A DNA stretch of 45,488 nucleotides, from contig JAJSAI010000025.1 of NCBI GenBank assembly GCA_024274695.1, forward strand, positions 1-45,488, read 5' to 3'. Below are positions 35,836 to 44,435 of this stretch, piece after piece. This DNA comes from an archaeon. GTDB taxonomy: Archaea; B1Sed10-29; JAJSAI01. Position 1 is the stretch's first letter. Every line of letters begins with the position of its first letter. The notes below the pieces were generated by a model. The model did not search any database and was not told where the DNA came from. It worked only from the letters and a program-made list of their open reading frames with translations. Both the position numbers and the translations under genes were made by a program.

Positions 35836-36471
35836 GTGGATTGGGTTAAAGCAATAAAAGAGGCCAAAGAAAAGTCAAAGAAGAGAAACTTCATCCAGTC
35901 CCTAGAGTTAATACTCAATTTTGAGAGGGTTGATTTTTCCAAGACAGAAAACAGGATAAACATGGACGTTCTCCTGCCCAAGGGCAGGGGCAAGGACGTC
36001 AAGGTAGCAGTCATAGCGGGAAAAGAACTTCTTCCTGAAGCGAAAAAGACCGCTGACAAGGTACTAACAGAAGAGGATGTCGTGAAACTAGGCAAGGACA
36101 AGAAGGAAGCTAAAAAGCTGGCCAGCCAGTATCATGCGTTCATATGCCAAGCGAATCTCATGCCTTTGGTCGGTAAGGAGCTCGGCCAGGTTCTCGGACC
36201 AAGAGGCAAGATGCCCACTCCAGTTCCACCCAACGCGAAACTGGAGCCTATAATCAAGAGGCTCAAGAACAGCGTGAAGATAAGGACTAAAGGAAAGTTC
36301 CTGCCCACCCTGCACGCTCCGATAGGAACAGAGGACATGAGCGACGAGGACCTAGCGGAGAACGCAAAGGCAGTATACAACGCGGTAGTGCAGAAACTGC
36401 CTCAGAAGGAGGCTAACGTCAAGTCCGTGTACATTAAGACGAGCATGGGCCCCAGTGTAAAGGTGGTGTAG
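35836..36471 (+). CDS. rpl1: 50S ribosomal protein uL1
   Basis: KRNFIQSLELI, LGQVLGPRGKMP, YIKTSMGP. Confidence 0.96.
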   Translation: MDWVKAIKEAKEKSKKRNFIQSLELILNFERVDFSKTENRINMDVLLPKGRGKDVKVAVIAGKELLPEAKKTADKVLTEEDVVKLGKDKKEAKKLASQYHAFICQANLMPLVGKELGQVLGPRGKMPTPVPPNAKLEPIIKRLKNSVKIRTKGKFLPTLHAPIGTEDMSDEDLAENAKAVYNAVVQKLPQKEANVKSVYIKTSMGPSVKVV

Positions 36472-36472
36472 A

Positions 36473-37303
36473 ATGCCAGCAGAATGGAAACAAAGGGTAG
36501 TGCAAGAAGTCAAGGAGATGGTCTCCGGCAGCAAGGTAGTTGGGATCGTAAGCCTGCTTAACCTGCCTTCTGCACAGTTCCAGGAAATAAAGAAAAAACT
36601 AAGGGGCTCTGCGACCATCAAGGTGTCACGATCACGCTTGCTCAAGATGGGCCTAGAACAGGCTGGAGAAGAATACAAAGTTCTCGAGAAATACATCGAA
36701 GGACCCTGCGCGATAATCGTCTCTGAAAAAGACCCGTTCGAACTGTACCAGGTAATAAAGAAGAACAGGACCAAAGCATACGCCAAGCCAGGGATGATAG
36801 CAGAGGATGACATAATAGTGGAAGCAGGAGACACTGGAATACCAGCAGGCCCTGCTCTCGGAGAACTGAAGGCAGCCGGCCTGCCTGTCAAGCTTGATCA
36901 GGGCAAGATCGCCGTGCTCAAAGATACTGTGTTCGTGAAGAAGGGGGAGATAGTAACCCCTGAAAAAGCAGCGATCCTAGCCAAGCTGGACATAAAACCC
37001 ATGGAAATCGGCCTGAAGATAAAAGCATTGTACGCTGACGGCATCGTGTACGAGCCAAGCGTGCTGGACATAGACACTGAAAAGGTGTTCAACGACTTTA
37101 TCACAGCACACTCTCAGGCAGTCAACCTGTCTGTTAACGCAGGAATCATAAACAAGTACTCAATACAGCCTCTGTTAACCAAGGCGGTCTCTGAAGCCAG
37201 GGCCCTGGCCTTGGAGGCCAACGTGTACACCAAAGAAACAATAAAAGACATAATAATCAAGGCCCACAGGGCCGCAGAAGCGCTCAAGACAAGAACAGGA
37301 TAA
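36473..37303 (+). CDS. rpl10: 50S ribosomal protein uL10/P0 lacking the acidic C-terminal tail
   Basis: EWKQ, AKPGMIAEDDIIVEAGDTGIPAGP, LDIKPMEIGL; ends right after the spine helices. Confidence 0.94.
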   Translation: MPAEWKQRVVQEVKEMVSGSKVVGIVSLLNLPSAQFQEIKKKLRGSATIKVSRSRLLKMGLEQAGEEYKVLEKYIEGPCAIIVSEKDPFELYQVIKKNRTKAYAKPGMIAEDDIIVEAGDTGIPAGPALGELKAAGLPVKLDQGKIAVLKDTVFVKKGEIVTPEKAAILAKLDIKPMEIGLKIKALYADGIVYEPSVLDIDTEKVFNDFITAHSQAVNLSVNAGIINKYSIQPLLTKAVSEARALALEANVYTKETIKDIIIKAHRAAEALKTRTG

Positions 37304-37324
37304 TGCTTTAAGGAGGTATGAAAA

Positions 37325-37633
37325 ATGGAATACGTGTACGCAGCACTCTTGCTACACTCTGCCGGAAAAGAGATAACAGAGGACAACGTGAAGAACGTCC
37401 TCAAGGGAGCAGGAATAGAGCCTGACGACGCGAGAGTAAAAGCGCTGATAGCCAGCCTCAAGGAAGTGAACATAGAAGAAGCGATCAAGCAGGCTGCAGT
37501 CGCACCAGCCGCAGCACCGGCAGCACCAGCAGCTGCACCGGCAGAAGAGAAGAAAGAGGAAAAGAAGGCTGCAGAAGAGGAGAAGAAGAGCGAGGAAGAA
37601 GCAGCGGGAGGACTAGCATCCTTGTTCGGATAA
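37325..37633 (+). CDS. rpl12: 50S ribosomal stalk protein P1 (aL12)
   Basis: [11 protein letters not shown], Ala hinge, [13 protein letters not shown]. Confidence 0.97.
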   Translation: MEYVYAALLLHSAGKEITEDNVKNVLKGAGIEPDDARVKALIASLKEVNIEEAIKQAAVAPAAAPAAPAAAPAEEKKEEKKAAEEEKKSEEEAAGGLASLFG

Positions 37634-37681
37634 ACCTTTTTATACCCCCTCTCCCTCTCTTAGATGCAAGGGTGAACAAGG

Positions 37682-37978
37682 ATGCCTGCAAAAAAAGCTG
37701 CCAAGAATAGTAATGAGAAGGTATTCAACTACCTTCTGGTACAGTACTTGAAGGAAATGTCCAACGAGCTCACTTACTTGCTCCTGGTAGTCGCTGCTCT
37801 CTTCCTGTTCATGATCCTGGATGTACTGCCGGAGATAACAGGCAGGCCGCCCATAGAATCATACTCTGCTGTCAGGACAGTGTTCATAATCCTGGTGGTA
37901 GGAGGATTTTTCCTTTTCGGAATATCCAACGCAACCAAGAAGAGGATTGAAAAACAGATGATCAGGATCCTGTCCTGA
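37682..37978 (+). CDS. Small two-TM membrane protein
   Basis: GGGTGA SD, TTTTTATA promoter, two hydrophobic helices. Confidence 0.7.
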   Translation: MPAKKAAKNSNEKVFNYLLVQYLKEMSNELTYLLLVVAALFLFMILDVLPEITGRPPIESYSAVRTVFIILVVGGFFLFGISNATKKRIEKQMIRILS

Positions 37979-37992
37979 GAACATTACTTCTT

Positions 37993-39078
37993 TCAGTGGT
38001 TTATTCTAGCATAGGCCGCGGGCTGTTTCAGCCCGTGTCCTGTAACCAGTAGCACTATTCTCTCGTCAGTCCTGCCTATTTCCTTCTCCACCGCGGCAAG
38101 GGTCGCGGCACTGGCCGGCTCGGCGAAAATGCCTTCAGCAGCCAGTTTTTTCATGGCCCTGAGAATCTGGTTGTCTGTGACAGAGCAGAAGAAGCCCTTA
38201 GACTCGTTGACCGCGTCAATTGCTGTCCAGCCGTTAAAAGGTTCTTTGACTGCTATGGACGAGGCGATAGTGTGCCTGCCTGGGTCTGGCATCGGGAACC
38301 GGTCAAGCCCCTCTTCCCACGCTCTCACGATCGGAGAAAAGCCCTCGGCCTGGACTCCAACCATGACAGGAAGTTTTTTAGACGCTCCCGCCTGCTTGAG
38401 TTCCTTGAACCCCTTCCACACCGCGGTGAAAAGGCCGCCTGTCCCGACAGGCACTACCACAGTGTCAGGCACGCCTATTTCTTCAAATATCTCGAACGCG
38501 ACAGTCTTTTCTCCTTCAAGGTAGTAAGGATTCACTCCTGTCATGGCGATGTAGTATTTTCTCCTGTTCTCCCAGAGTTTTGAGAAGCACTCTGAGAACG
38601 TTCCTTTAACCTTTCTCACCCTCGCACCATACGCTATTATCTGGGTTATCTTCTGAGGGGGAGTGTCTTCGGGCACGAAAACTTCCGCGCTGATGTTCGC
38701 ATAGGCAGAGTACGCGGCAACGCTCGCGCCCATGTTTCCTGTGCTCGCGACACCCACCTTACCGTACCCTTCTCCCAGCGCGTGGGAGATGACCAGAGCA
38801 GTGCCCCGGTCTTTAAATGAGCCAGTGGGATTATCTCCCTCGAACTTGTAGTACATTTCAGGATACTTTCTGACAAAATCCCTGTTCTTGACGAGAGGAG
38901 TCCATCCTTCTCCCATGCTTATTCTTTCCTTGACCGGAGGGAGCATTCCAGAATACCGCCAGACGCCCTCTCCCTCGGGATTCCAGAGCGTTTTTCCTTT
39001 CCACAGGAGAACTGACCCGCAGCGGCAGAAGTACCTGAACCTGGAGTAAGTCTTCCCGCATTCAGGACACTCAAACAT
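37993..39078 (-). CDS. thrC: Threonine synthase (PLP-dependent)
   Basis: N-terminal Zn ribbon, GEGWTPL, NPTGSFKDRG, ASTGNMGAS, EGEKT, AEPASA, TGHGLK. Confidence 0.9.
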   Translation of the reverse strand: MFECPECGKTYSRFRYFCRCGSVLLWKGKTLWNPEGEGVWRYSGMLPPVKERISMGEGWTPLVKNRDFVRKYPEMYYKFEGDNPTGSFKDRGTALVISHALGEGYGKVGVASTGNMGASVAAYSAYANISAEVFVPEDTPPQKITQIIAYGARVRKVKGTFSECFSKLWENRRKYYIAMTGVNPYYLEGEKTVAFEIFEEIGVPDTVVVPVGTGGLFTAVWKGFKELKQAGASKKLPVMVGVQAEGFSPIVRAWEEGLDRFPMPDPGRHTIASSIAVKEPFNGWTAIDAVNESKGFFCSVTDNQILRAMKKLAAEGIFAEPASAATLAAVEKEIGRTDERIVLLVTGHGLKQPAAYARINH

Positions 39079-39079
39079 T

Positions 39080-40627
39080 TCACGGACACCCTACCGAGTA
39101 CTTCTGGAAACTGAACCTCATTTCCTGCGGCAGCACGTTCTGTCCGCCGCCAACCCCTCCGTAGTAAACTTGGCTGGCGTTTTCTTTCCCGCACGTTGCC
39201 CACACTCTCGTATAGTAGTAGTCAGCCGGGCTTAACGAGAACGTGACCTCGCCTGTTTCGTTGGTGTAGTACGTCTTTTCGTACCCTGTGAACTTTCTTA
39301 GCGTGATGGCCACATTGTCTAGGGGGTTGTTGTCTGCTCCTACGGCAGTAACGTGGTACTCTATCTTGTCGGATGGCACGCAGTTGAAGATTATCGTGCT
39401 CGGGACAGGGTCGTAGCCCACTCTCGGCAGGGAAACGTTCCACGCCTGGCAGTAGTACTTCTCGCCGTCCGAGGTGGTGCCGTACCCGTAGACCCACGCC
39501 CAACCTGGGGTCATGTTTATCTCGTAAAACCGAGAGTACCAGGGTGGATCGTACCTGAAAGTCTTTGACCCGTCAACAGAGTGCTTGAAATACACTACCC
39601 ACTTTGACAGTAGGGAACTGCTCTGATCTTTCTTGAACTGGACTTTTATCGGGCGCTTGTAAAGGCTGCAGTTCAGTTTAATCCTTTCCCCGCCGTACAG
39701 GTACGTGTTGTACAGTGTGACGTTGTACCTTTCTCCGCAGTAAATGCCCAGCTGGTACTTCAGATGGGGCCAGGTGTAATCACTTGGTATTATCTTGAGT
39801 TTCGCGGTTTTCTTCTCCGTGACGTTCACGTACTCGTACACGCTCTTGTTCACGGAGGCAGTTGCCTTGAAGGTTATGTTCCCTTTAACTTTTTTTTCCG
39901 GTTTTACCGTTACAGTAACCTCTACGAGAGCCCAGCTGGGTATTGCGCTCTGGTTGCCTATAAGCTCCACTGGAATGGAGGGAATGCATTTTACTTCCAC
40001 GGTCTTGCCGAATGGGTCAAAGTCCACTTCCTTCGGGATGCCCACATCCTTCCTATTCTCCCCACAGTCTAGTTTCAGCTTGTAGGGAGCATCGGCCTCT
40101 GAAAGGTCTTTTACCGTGACAACCCCTGAGGGTCCTTTGTACAACAGGCTCCCGTCACGGGAGTACAGTTCTATCGTGCCATTCTCATACGTTTTACCGA
40201 AATGGTCTAATACTCTCACGACAAGATCCATTTTAGCGCCTGTTTCCAGGGGGTTGCATACAACCTCCACTTGAACAGGGGTCTTGTTGGATATTATCAC
40301 CTGTTCCTTCTTTGTCCCTTCATACCCTTCTGGGCACGTTACCGACACCAGGTACGGTTCTTCTGAAGCGGGAAGATCCTTGACGTGCTGAACTTCGTAA
40401 ATGTCCTTGTCAAAAACGTTCTTTTTGCCGTGAGTGATCGTCAGGTGCGCTCCGCCAACAGGACTTCCGTCAGGGGCCTGCACGCTCACCACTATTTCCC
40501 CTTTCACTACTGCCTGCTGGACAGGTTTTTCCTCAGGCTTGGTCTGGTTCCCTTGGGGTCCTGGACCTCCAACGCATCCCAGCACCAGAATAATCAGGGC
40601 CACAATCAATAGGATTGCTTTCTTCAC
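39080..40627 (-). CDS. Lipoprotein with repeated Ig/carboxypeptidase-regulatory-like domains
   Basis: GTG after GGTGA; lipobox VLGC; repeated V.V....G.P..GA.I and YTNETGEVTF beta-sandwich motifs with paired Cys. Confidence 0.75.
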   Translation of the reverse strand: MKKAILLIVALIILVLGCVGGPGPQGNQTKPEEKPVQQAVVKGEIVVSVQAPDGSPVGGAHLTITHGKKNVFDKDIYEVQHVKDLPASEEPYLVSVTCPEGYEGTKKEQVIISNKTPVQVEVVCNPLETGAKMDLVVRVLDHFGKTYENGTIELYSRDGSLLYKGPSGVVTVKDLSEADAPYKLKLDCGENRKDVGIPKEVDFDPFGKTVEVKCIPSIPVELIGNQSAIPSWALVEVTVTVKPEKKVKGNITFKATASVNKSVYEYVNVTEKKTAKLKIIPSDYTWPHLKYQLGIYCGERYNVTLYNTYLYGGERIKLNCSLYKRPIKVQFKKDQSSSLLSKWVVYFKHSVDGSKTFRYDPPWYSRFYEINMTPGWAWVYGYGTTSDGEKYYCQAWNVSLPRVGYDPVPSTIIFNCVPSDKIEYHVTAVGADNNPLDNVAITLRKFTGYEKTYYTNETGEVTFSLSPADYYYTRVWATCGKENASQVYYGGVGGGQNVLPQEMRFSFQKYSVGCP

Positions 40628-40671
40628 GCGGAATCACCGGATAAGAAGGAAGAAAAGAGCGTATAAAAAGG

Positions 40672-41286
40672 TTACAGGTGCACTTTTCTCGCAGAGGAGA
40701 GGGTCTTGTTAACAAGGTCCTGGAGGTCTATCTTCTTTTCTTCTTCCTCTATTCTTTTGAGTCTTGCCCTGGTGGCCGGCTTGGGGGGCACGATCATACA
40801 ACACGCGGCCGGTCTTATGGAAATATCGTAAGTGCCTATCTCCTTGGCCACCGCGATTATGTCTTCTTTATCCCAGCCTATGAGCGGCCGTATGATCGGG
40901 ACCTTTAACGCAGAGGATTCTGTGTAAATGTTCTGCAGGGTCTGGGAGGCCACCTGCGCAAGGTTTTCTCCGGTTATCAGGAAGTCATACCCTTCCTTCA
41001 GAGCAAGTTCTGAGGCTGTCCTGAACATCATCCTCCTGCAGAGTACGCACTGGAACTTCCTGTCACAGTTTCTGGCGAACTCTGCAAGGTTCTGCCCGTG
41101 AGGGAGCACGTACGCGTGCTTGAACCCCAGCACCCGCATGCAGTCGAGCGCTCGCTCGCGGGTGTCATCCCCTGCGAATGGGAAGTTATCAAAGTATACT
41201 GGCATCTGCTCGTAATCCCTGAGAACGTATGACGCAACCGGAGAATCTATTCCCCCGGATATCAGTGTGAGTGCTCTGGGCCTCAT
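40672..41286 (-). CDS. thiI: Stand-alone ThiI catalytic (PP-loop) domain, tRNA 4-thiouridine synthase
   Basis: SGGIDSPVA, CVLC, TGENLAQVASQTLQN, RPLIGWDKEDII..AKEIGTYDIS, ACC; no THUMP domain; ATGA overlap with cgi121. Confidence 0.88.
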   Translation of the reverse strand: MRPRALTLISGGIDSPVASYVLRDYEQMPVYFDNFPFAGDDTRERALDCMRVLGFKHAYVLPHGQNLAEFARNCDRKFQCVLCRRMMFRTASELALKEGYDFLITGENLAQVASQTLQNIYTESSALKVPIIRPLIGWDKEDIIAVAKEIGTYDISIRPAACCMIVPPKPATRARLKRIEEEEKKIDLQDLVNKTLSSARKVHL

Positions 41287-41699
41287 GATCTCATCCAAAA
41301 AACTGCTGTTTTTTCCATGGCCTCCAGCAGAATGCTCTTGTCAGGATCGGTGAACAACACCTCTTTTTTGACAAACTCTTTCTTAAATTCTTCCCAAGTC
41401 CTGCTGCAGTCCTCGTTCCAGCAGATGAAGACCGCTTCGTCTCCCTTAACCCTCGCCTTTTCCAGAGCCCTGCTCACTTGACGTTCTCCTGAAAGCCGCA
41501 CCAGAAGCTCCATTTCAGGACTCCGGGAGATATTGTTCTGCTGCTCGAAAGCTTTTAAAACCTCTAGCACGGAATGTTTTGCGTGGGTAGGGCCCGCCAC
41601 AACTTCCGGGCTTACTACCTGCACTAGATTATGGTTTCCTATCCAGTCAGCAAGACCCTGACTGGTCTTCAGGAAAACCTTTTTAACCAAAATGTTCAT
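41283..41699 (-). CDS. cgi121: KEOPS complex subunit Cgi121
   Basis: Q......VAG..H......KAF....NISRSPEMELLVRLSGERQVSRAL; C-terminal MEKTA. Confidence 0.85.
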   Translation of the reverse strand: MNILVKKVFLKTSQGLADWIGNHNLVQVVSPEVVAGPTHAKHSVLEVLKAFEQQNNISRSPEMELLVRLSGERQVSRALEKARVKGDEAVFICWNEDCSRTWEEFKKEFVKKEVLFTDPDKSILLEAMEKTAVFWMRS

Positions 41700-41751
41700 A
41701 AGAATGCTTACGATCCTTTAGAATATTAAAGTTTATTGAAAGGGTGTTAGG

Positions 41752-42144
41752 ATGGCAGTATCTCACGCGAGAGACAGGAAGAAGATCACTGGAGGAAGGG
41801 TAGGCAAGAAAAGAGACAAAAGGAAGAGCGAACTGGGAAGAGAGCCCACCATGACAAAGGTCTCGGAAAAGCAGAAAGTGAAGAAAATCAGGGTCAGAGG
41901 CGGGAACGTGAAGGTCAGAGTAATGCACGCCGCTTACGCTAACGTCATGGACCCTGAAACCAAGAAGGCCCAGAAAGTCAAGATACTGACAGAAAAGAGC
42001 AATCCTGCGAACAGGAACTTCGCGAGGAGGAACATACTAACCAAGGGAGCGATAATAGAGACCGAACTGGGGACCGCCAGGATCACCAGCAGGCCCGGAC
42101 AGGACGGCACAGTGAACGCAATCTTGATAGAAAAGAAGGCCTGA
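41752..42144 (+). CDS. rps8e: 30S ribosomal protein eS8
   Basis: [39 protein letters not shown]. Confidence 0.97.
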   Translation: MAVSHARDRKKITGGRVGKKRDKRKSELGREPTMTKVSEKQKVKKIRVRGGNVKVRVMHAAYANVMDPETKKAQKVKILTEKSNPANRNFARRNILTKGAIIETELGTARITSRPGQDGTVNAILIEKKA

Positions 42145-42204
42145 ACATCCACTCTCTTTTTCTATGTCTCGCGGCCGAAACCAAAAGGACTGTACGTCAG
42201 AAGA

Positions 42205-43731
42205 TCAGCAGCAGTACCACTCTGTTATCTTGCCTTCAGGCTTGCCGAACGGGTTCCCGTACCTTCTCACGTTCTCTATCATTTTCCTGTTGGCCTCTGT
42301 CTCTATTCCCTTGGACACGAGCTCCTTGCGCTTCCTCAGAATCTCTTCCGAGAGGGTGATGCCTGCAGGGCATGCCTCGTCACATGCCTTGCACAGAGTG
42401 CAGGAGTAGAACGCTTCGAGATCGTCCAGTCTGCCGTGCAGGACAGCCCTCCCTCTTGCGCCTGTTGATTCCAGAAGCTCTGCGAGGTATACCGAACACG
42501 TTTTGCACATCCCGCACTGCACGCACCCGATACTGTTCTTGGATTCAGAGTACTTGGACGAGTCTATTACTTTGCCTGGGTTCATTATCCCTTTAGGGTC
42601 ATATTCTTTCTTCAGCCTTTCCAGCTTCTGCCTACGTTCTTCTGGAACATACTTTACTTTCTTTATCCCGTAACCGTGTTCTCCAGAAGCCAAGCCTCCT
42701 AAGGACCTGACGAGCTCGTGCATTTCTGGGATCAGGTGCTTGTTTTCTTCTGAGAACCGAGGGTGTAGAATACCATACCCGATGTGTGCTGCTGTGGGCA
42801 CATTTCTCTCCAGGAGCCAGCCGAGGACCTTATCTAGCCCGTCTTCAGGGACCCACGGATCTTCTATTATCGTGTATCCTGCTGCCGCCCTGGCTGGTCC
42901 AACGTTTTCCCTGAGCTCTACTAGTTCTTTTAGCCTGTCACGGGTTTCTCCCCTTTCGTCAGCGTACCCTATCAGAAGGTGATGCGCTTCTGGAAGTCCA
43001 ACGAGCTTGCTGGAAATGGGGCACAGGTACTCCATGAAAGTTGCGTGTGGTTTTTCTTTTTTCATCACGGCCAGAAGGTCTGGAATGGATTCGAACTTTA
43101 GCAGGCTCATGCTCTTTTCTTCAAACGCTTCGGCAAGCGCGAGTACTGCTTCAAGGACTACTCCCAACGTTCCCTCTGCACCGCAGAAATCCTTGACCTT
43201 TTCTCCCGAAAGACGCCTGAGCTCTCCTCTGCCGTCCACGATGGTAAGCTCTTTAACCCAGTCAGAGGTCCTGCCGTACTTCATTGCTCTAAGTCCTGCT
43301 GCATCGGTGCTTATCATCCCCCCAATTGTGCATACTTTTTCGCTAGAAGGGATTACTGGAAAGAAGAGGCCATGTGTTCTGGCAAGATGGTTCAGGTCTG
43401 CAAGGATGGTTCCAGCTCCCGCGACCGCTGTTTTTTCTTCTGGAATGATATACACATCGTTTATCCTGCTCAGGTCAACCACTACTCCTGTGGGAACCGC
43501 TCCTCCCGCAAGTCCTGTTCCCGCACCCCGTGGTGTTACTGGGATATCATTCTCGTAGCAGAACCGAACTATTTTCTGCACTTCCTTCTTCTCTTTTGGA
43601 AAGAAGACAAACTGTGCGGGCCTTTCCACTAGGGACGCGTCTGTCCCGTACGTGATTTTTTCTCTCTCCGAGCAAGAGCAGTCCACGCCAAGTGATTTCA
43701 GGCGCTCAACTTGTTTTTTGCTTAAGCGCGT
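42205..43731 (-). CDS. GlcD/D-lactate-dehydrogenase-like FAD oxidoreductase fused to a 2x[4Fe-4S] domain
   Basis: PRGAGTGLAGG, TIGGMI, GAEGTLG, GEHGYG..K, DPKGIMNPGK, CVQCGMCKTC and CTLCKACDEACP. Start uncertain: ACG 43731 proposed, GTG 43686 in the ORF track. Confidence 0.9.
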   Translation of the reverse strand, partial: TRLSKKQVERLKSLGVDCSCSEREKITYGTDASLVERPAQFVFFPKEKKEVQKIVRFCYENDIPVTPRGAGTGLAGGAVPTGVVVDLSRINDVYIIPEEKTAVAGAGTILADLNHLARTHGLFFPVIPSSEKVCTIGGMISTDAAGLRAMKYGRTSDWVKELTIVDGRGELRRLSGEKVKDFCGAEGTLGVVLEAVLALAEAFEEKSMSLLKFESIPDLLAVMKKEKPHATFMEYLCPISSKLVGLPEAHHLLIGYADERGETRDRLKELVELRENVGPARAAAGYTIIEDPWVPEDGLDKVLGWLLERNVPTAAHIGYGILHPRFSEENKHLIPEMHELVRSLGGLASGEHGYGIKKVKYVPEERRQKLERLKKEYDPKGIMNPGKVIDSSKYSESKNSIGCVQCGMCKTCSVYLAELLESTGARGRAVLHGRLDDLEAFYSCTLCKACDEACPAGITLSEEILRKRKELVSKGIETEANRKMIENVRRYGNPFGKPEGKITEWYCC

Positions 43732-44434
43732 CCAGGATCACCTCAGAGATTTCTTTCACCTTCAGGTCAGTGTTCTGAGCAGTTTCCTTTAGCTGCAAAT
43801 AGCACATTGGGCATGCGGTGGTGAGAAGTCCTGCCCCAGTCTCTTCTGCCTCATCAATCCTGATCCTACTTACTTGCTTGCTCTTCTCAGGGTAGTTTGA
43901 CCTAAGCCCTCCGCCTCCTCCACAGCACAGGCTGTTTTCTCGTGAGTGCCGCATTTCGATTATTTCGTAGCCGAGTAGTGTCAGGAGTTTTCTGGGGAGA
44001 TCGTACTCGCCAGAGTACCTTCCAAGATGGCAGGGATCATGGAATGTTATCCTACCCTTCTTGGGGAAATCGCTCTCCCGCTCTTCCAGTTTGTCCAGGA
44101 TCTCTCGTAGGATTAGCTTCGGCTGGAACTCAGGGTAGTATTTTTTGAACATCGTGTAGCAGGAGGGACAACTAAACAGAACCGTTTCAACCCCGTATTC
44201 TTTGAGCGTGTTAACGTGCTTCTCCCGGAGTTCCAGGAAGTCTGCCTCGTATCCCGCGTTCAGCACTGGAGACCCGCAACAGTAGAATTCCGGGACTTCA
44301 ATGAACTTGATCTTGAATTTCCTGAGCAGGTTTTCATAGTTTCCCTGTACTTCAGGTAGCACGAATTTTGTCAGGCAACCTGGATAGTATGCTGTTTTTC
44401 CCTTTCCTGAGAGTATCTTTTCCAGCAGGCCCAA
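43706..44434 (-). CDS. CCG-domain Fe-S protein (GlcF/HdrB-like)
   Basis: YYPGC, CCG, CPSC, HDPCHLGR, CCGGGGG, ACPMC. Confidence 0.92.
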   Translation of the reverse strand: MGLLEKILSGKGKTAYYPGCLTKFVLPEVQGNYENLLRKFKIKFIEVPEFYCCGSPVLNAGYEADFLELREKHVNTLKEYGVETVLFSCPSCYTMFKKYYPEFQPKLILREILDKLEERESDFPKKGRITFHDPCHLGRYSGEYDLPRKLLTLLGYEIIEMRHSRENSLCCGGGGGLRSNYPEKSKQVSRIRIDEAEETGAGLLTTACPMCYLQLKETAQNTDLKVKEISEVILDALKQKTS

Positions 44435-44435
44435 G

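Noticed and set aside
33308-37691. Long minus-strand ORFs over ftsZ, spt5 and ribosomal protein genes, and similar S/F/L-rich ORFs across the window
   Set aside because: They are antisense shadows of purine-rich conserved genes and carry no motifs of their own.
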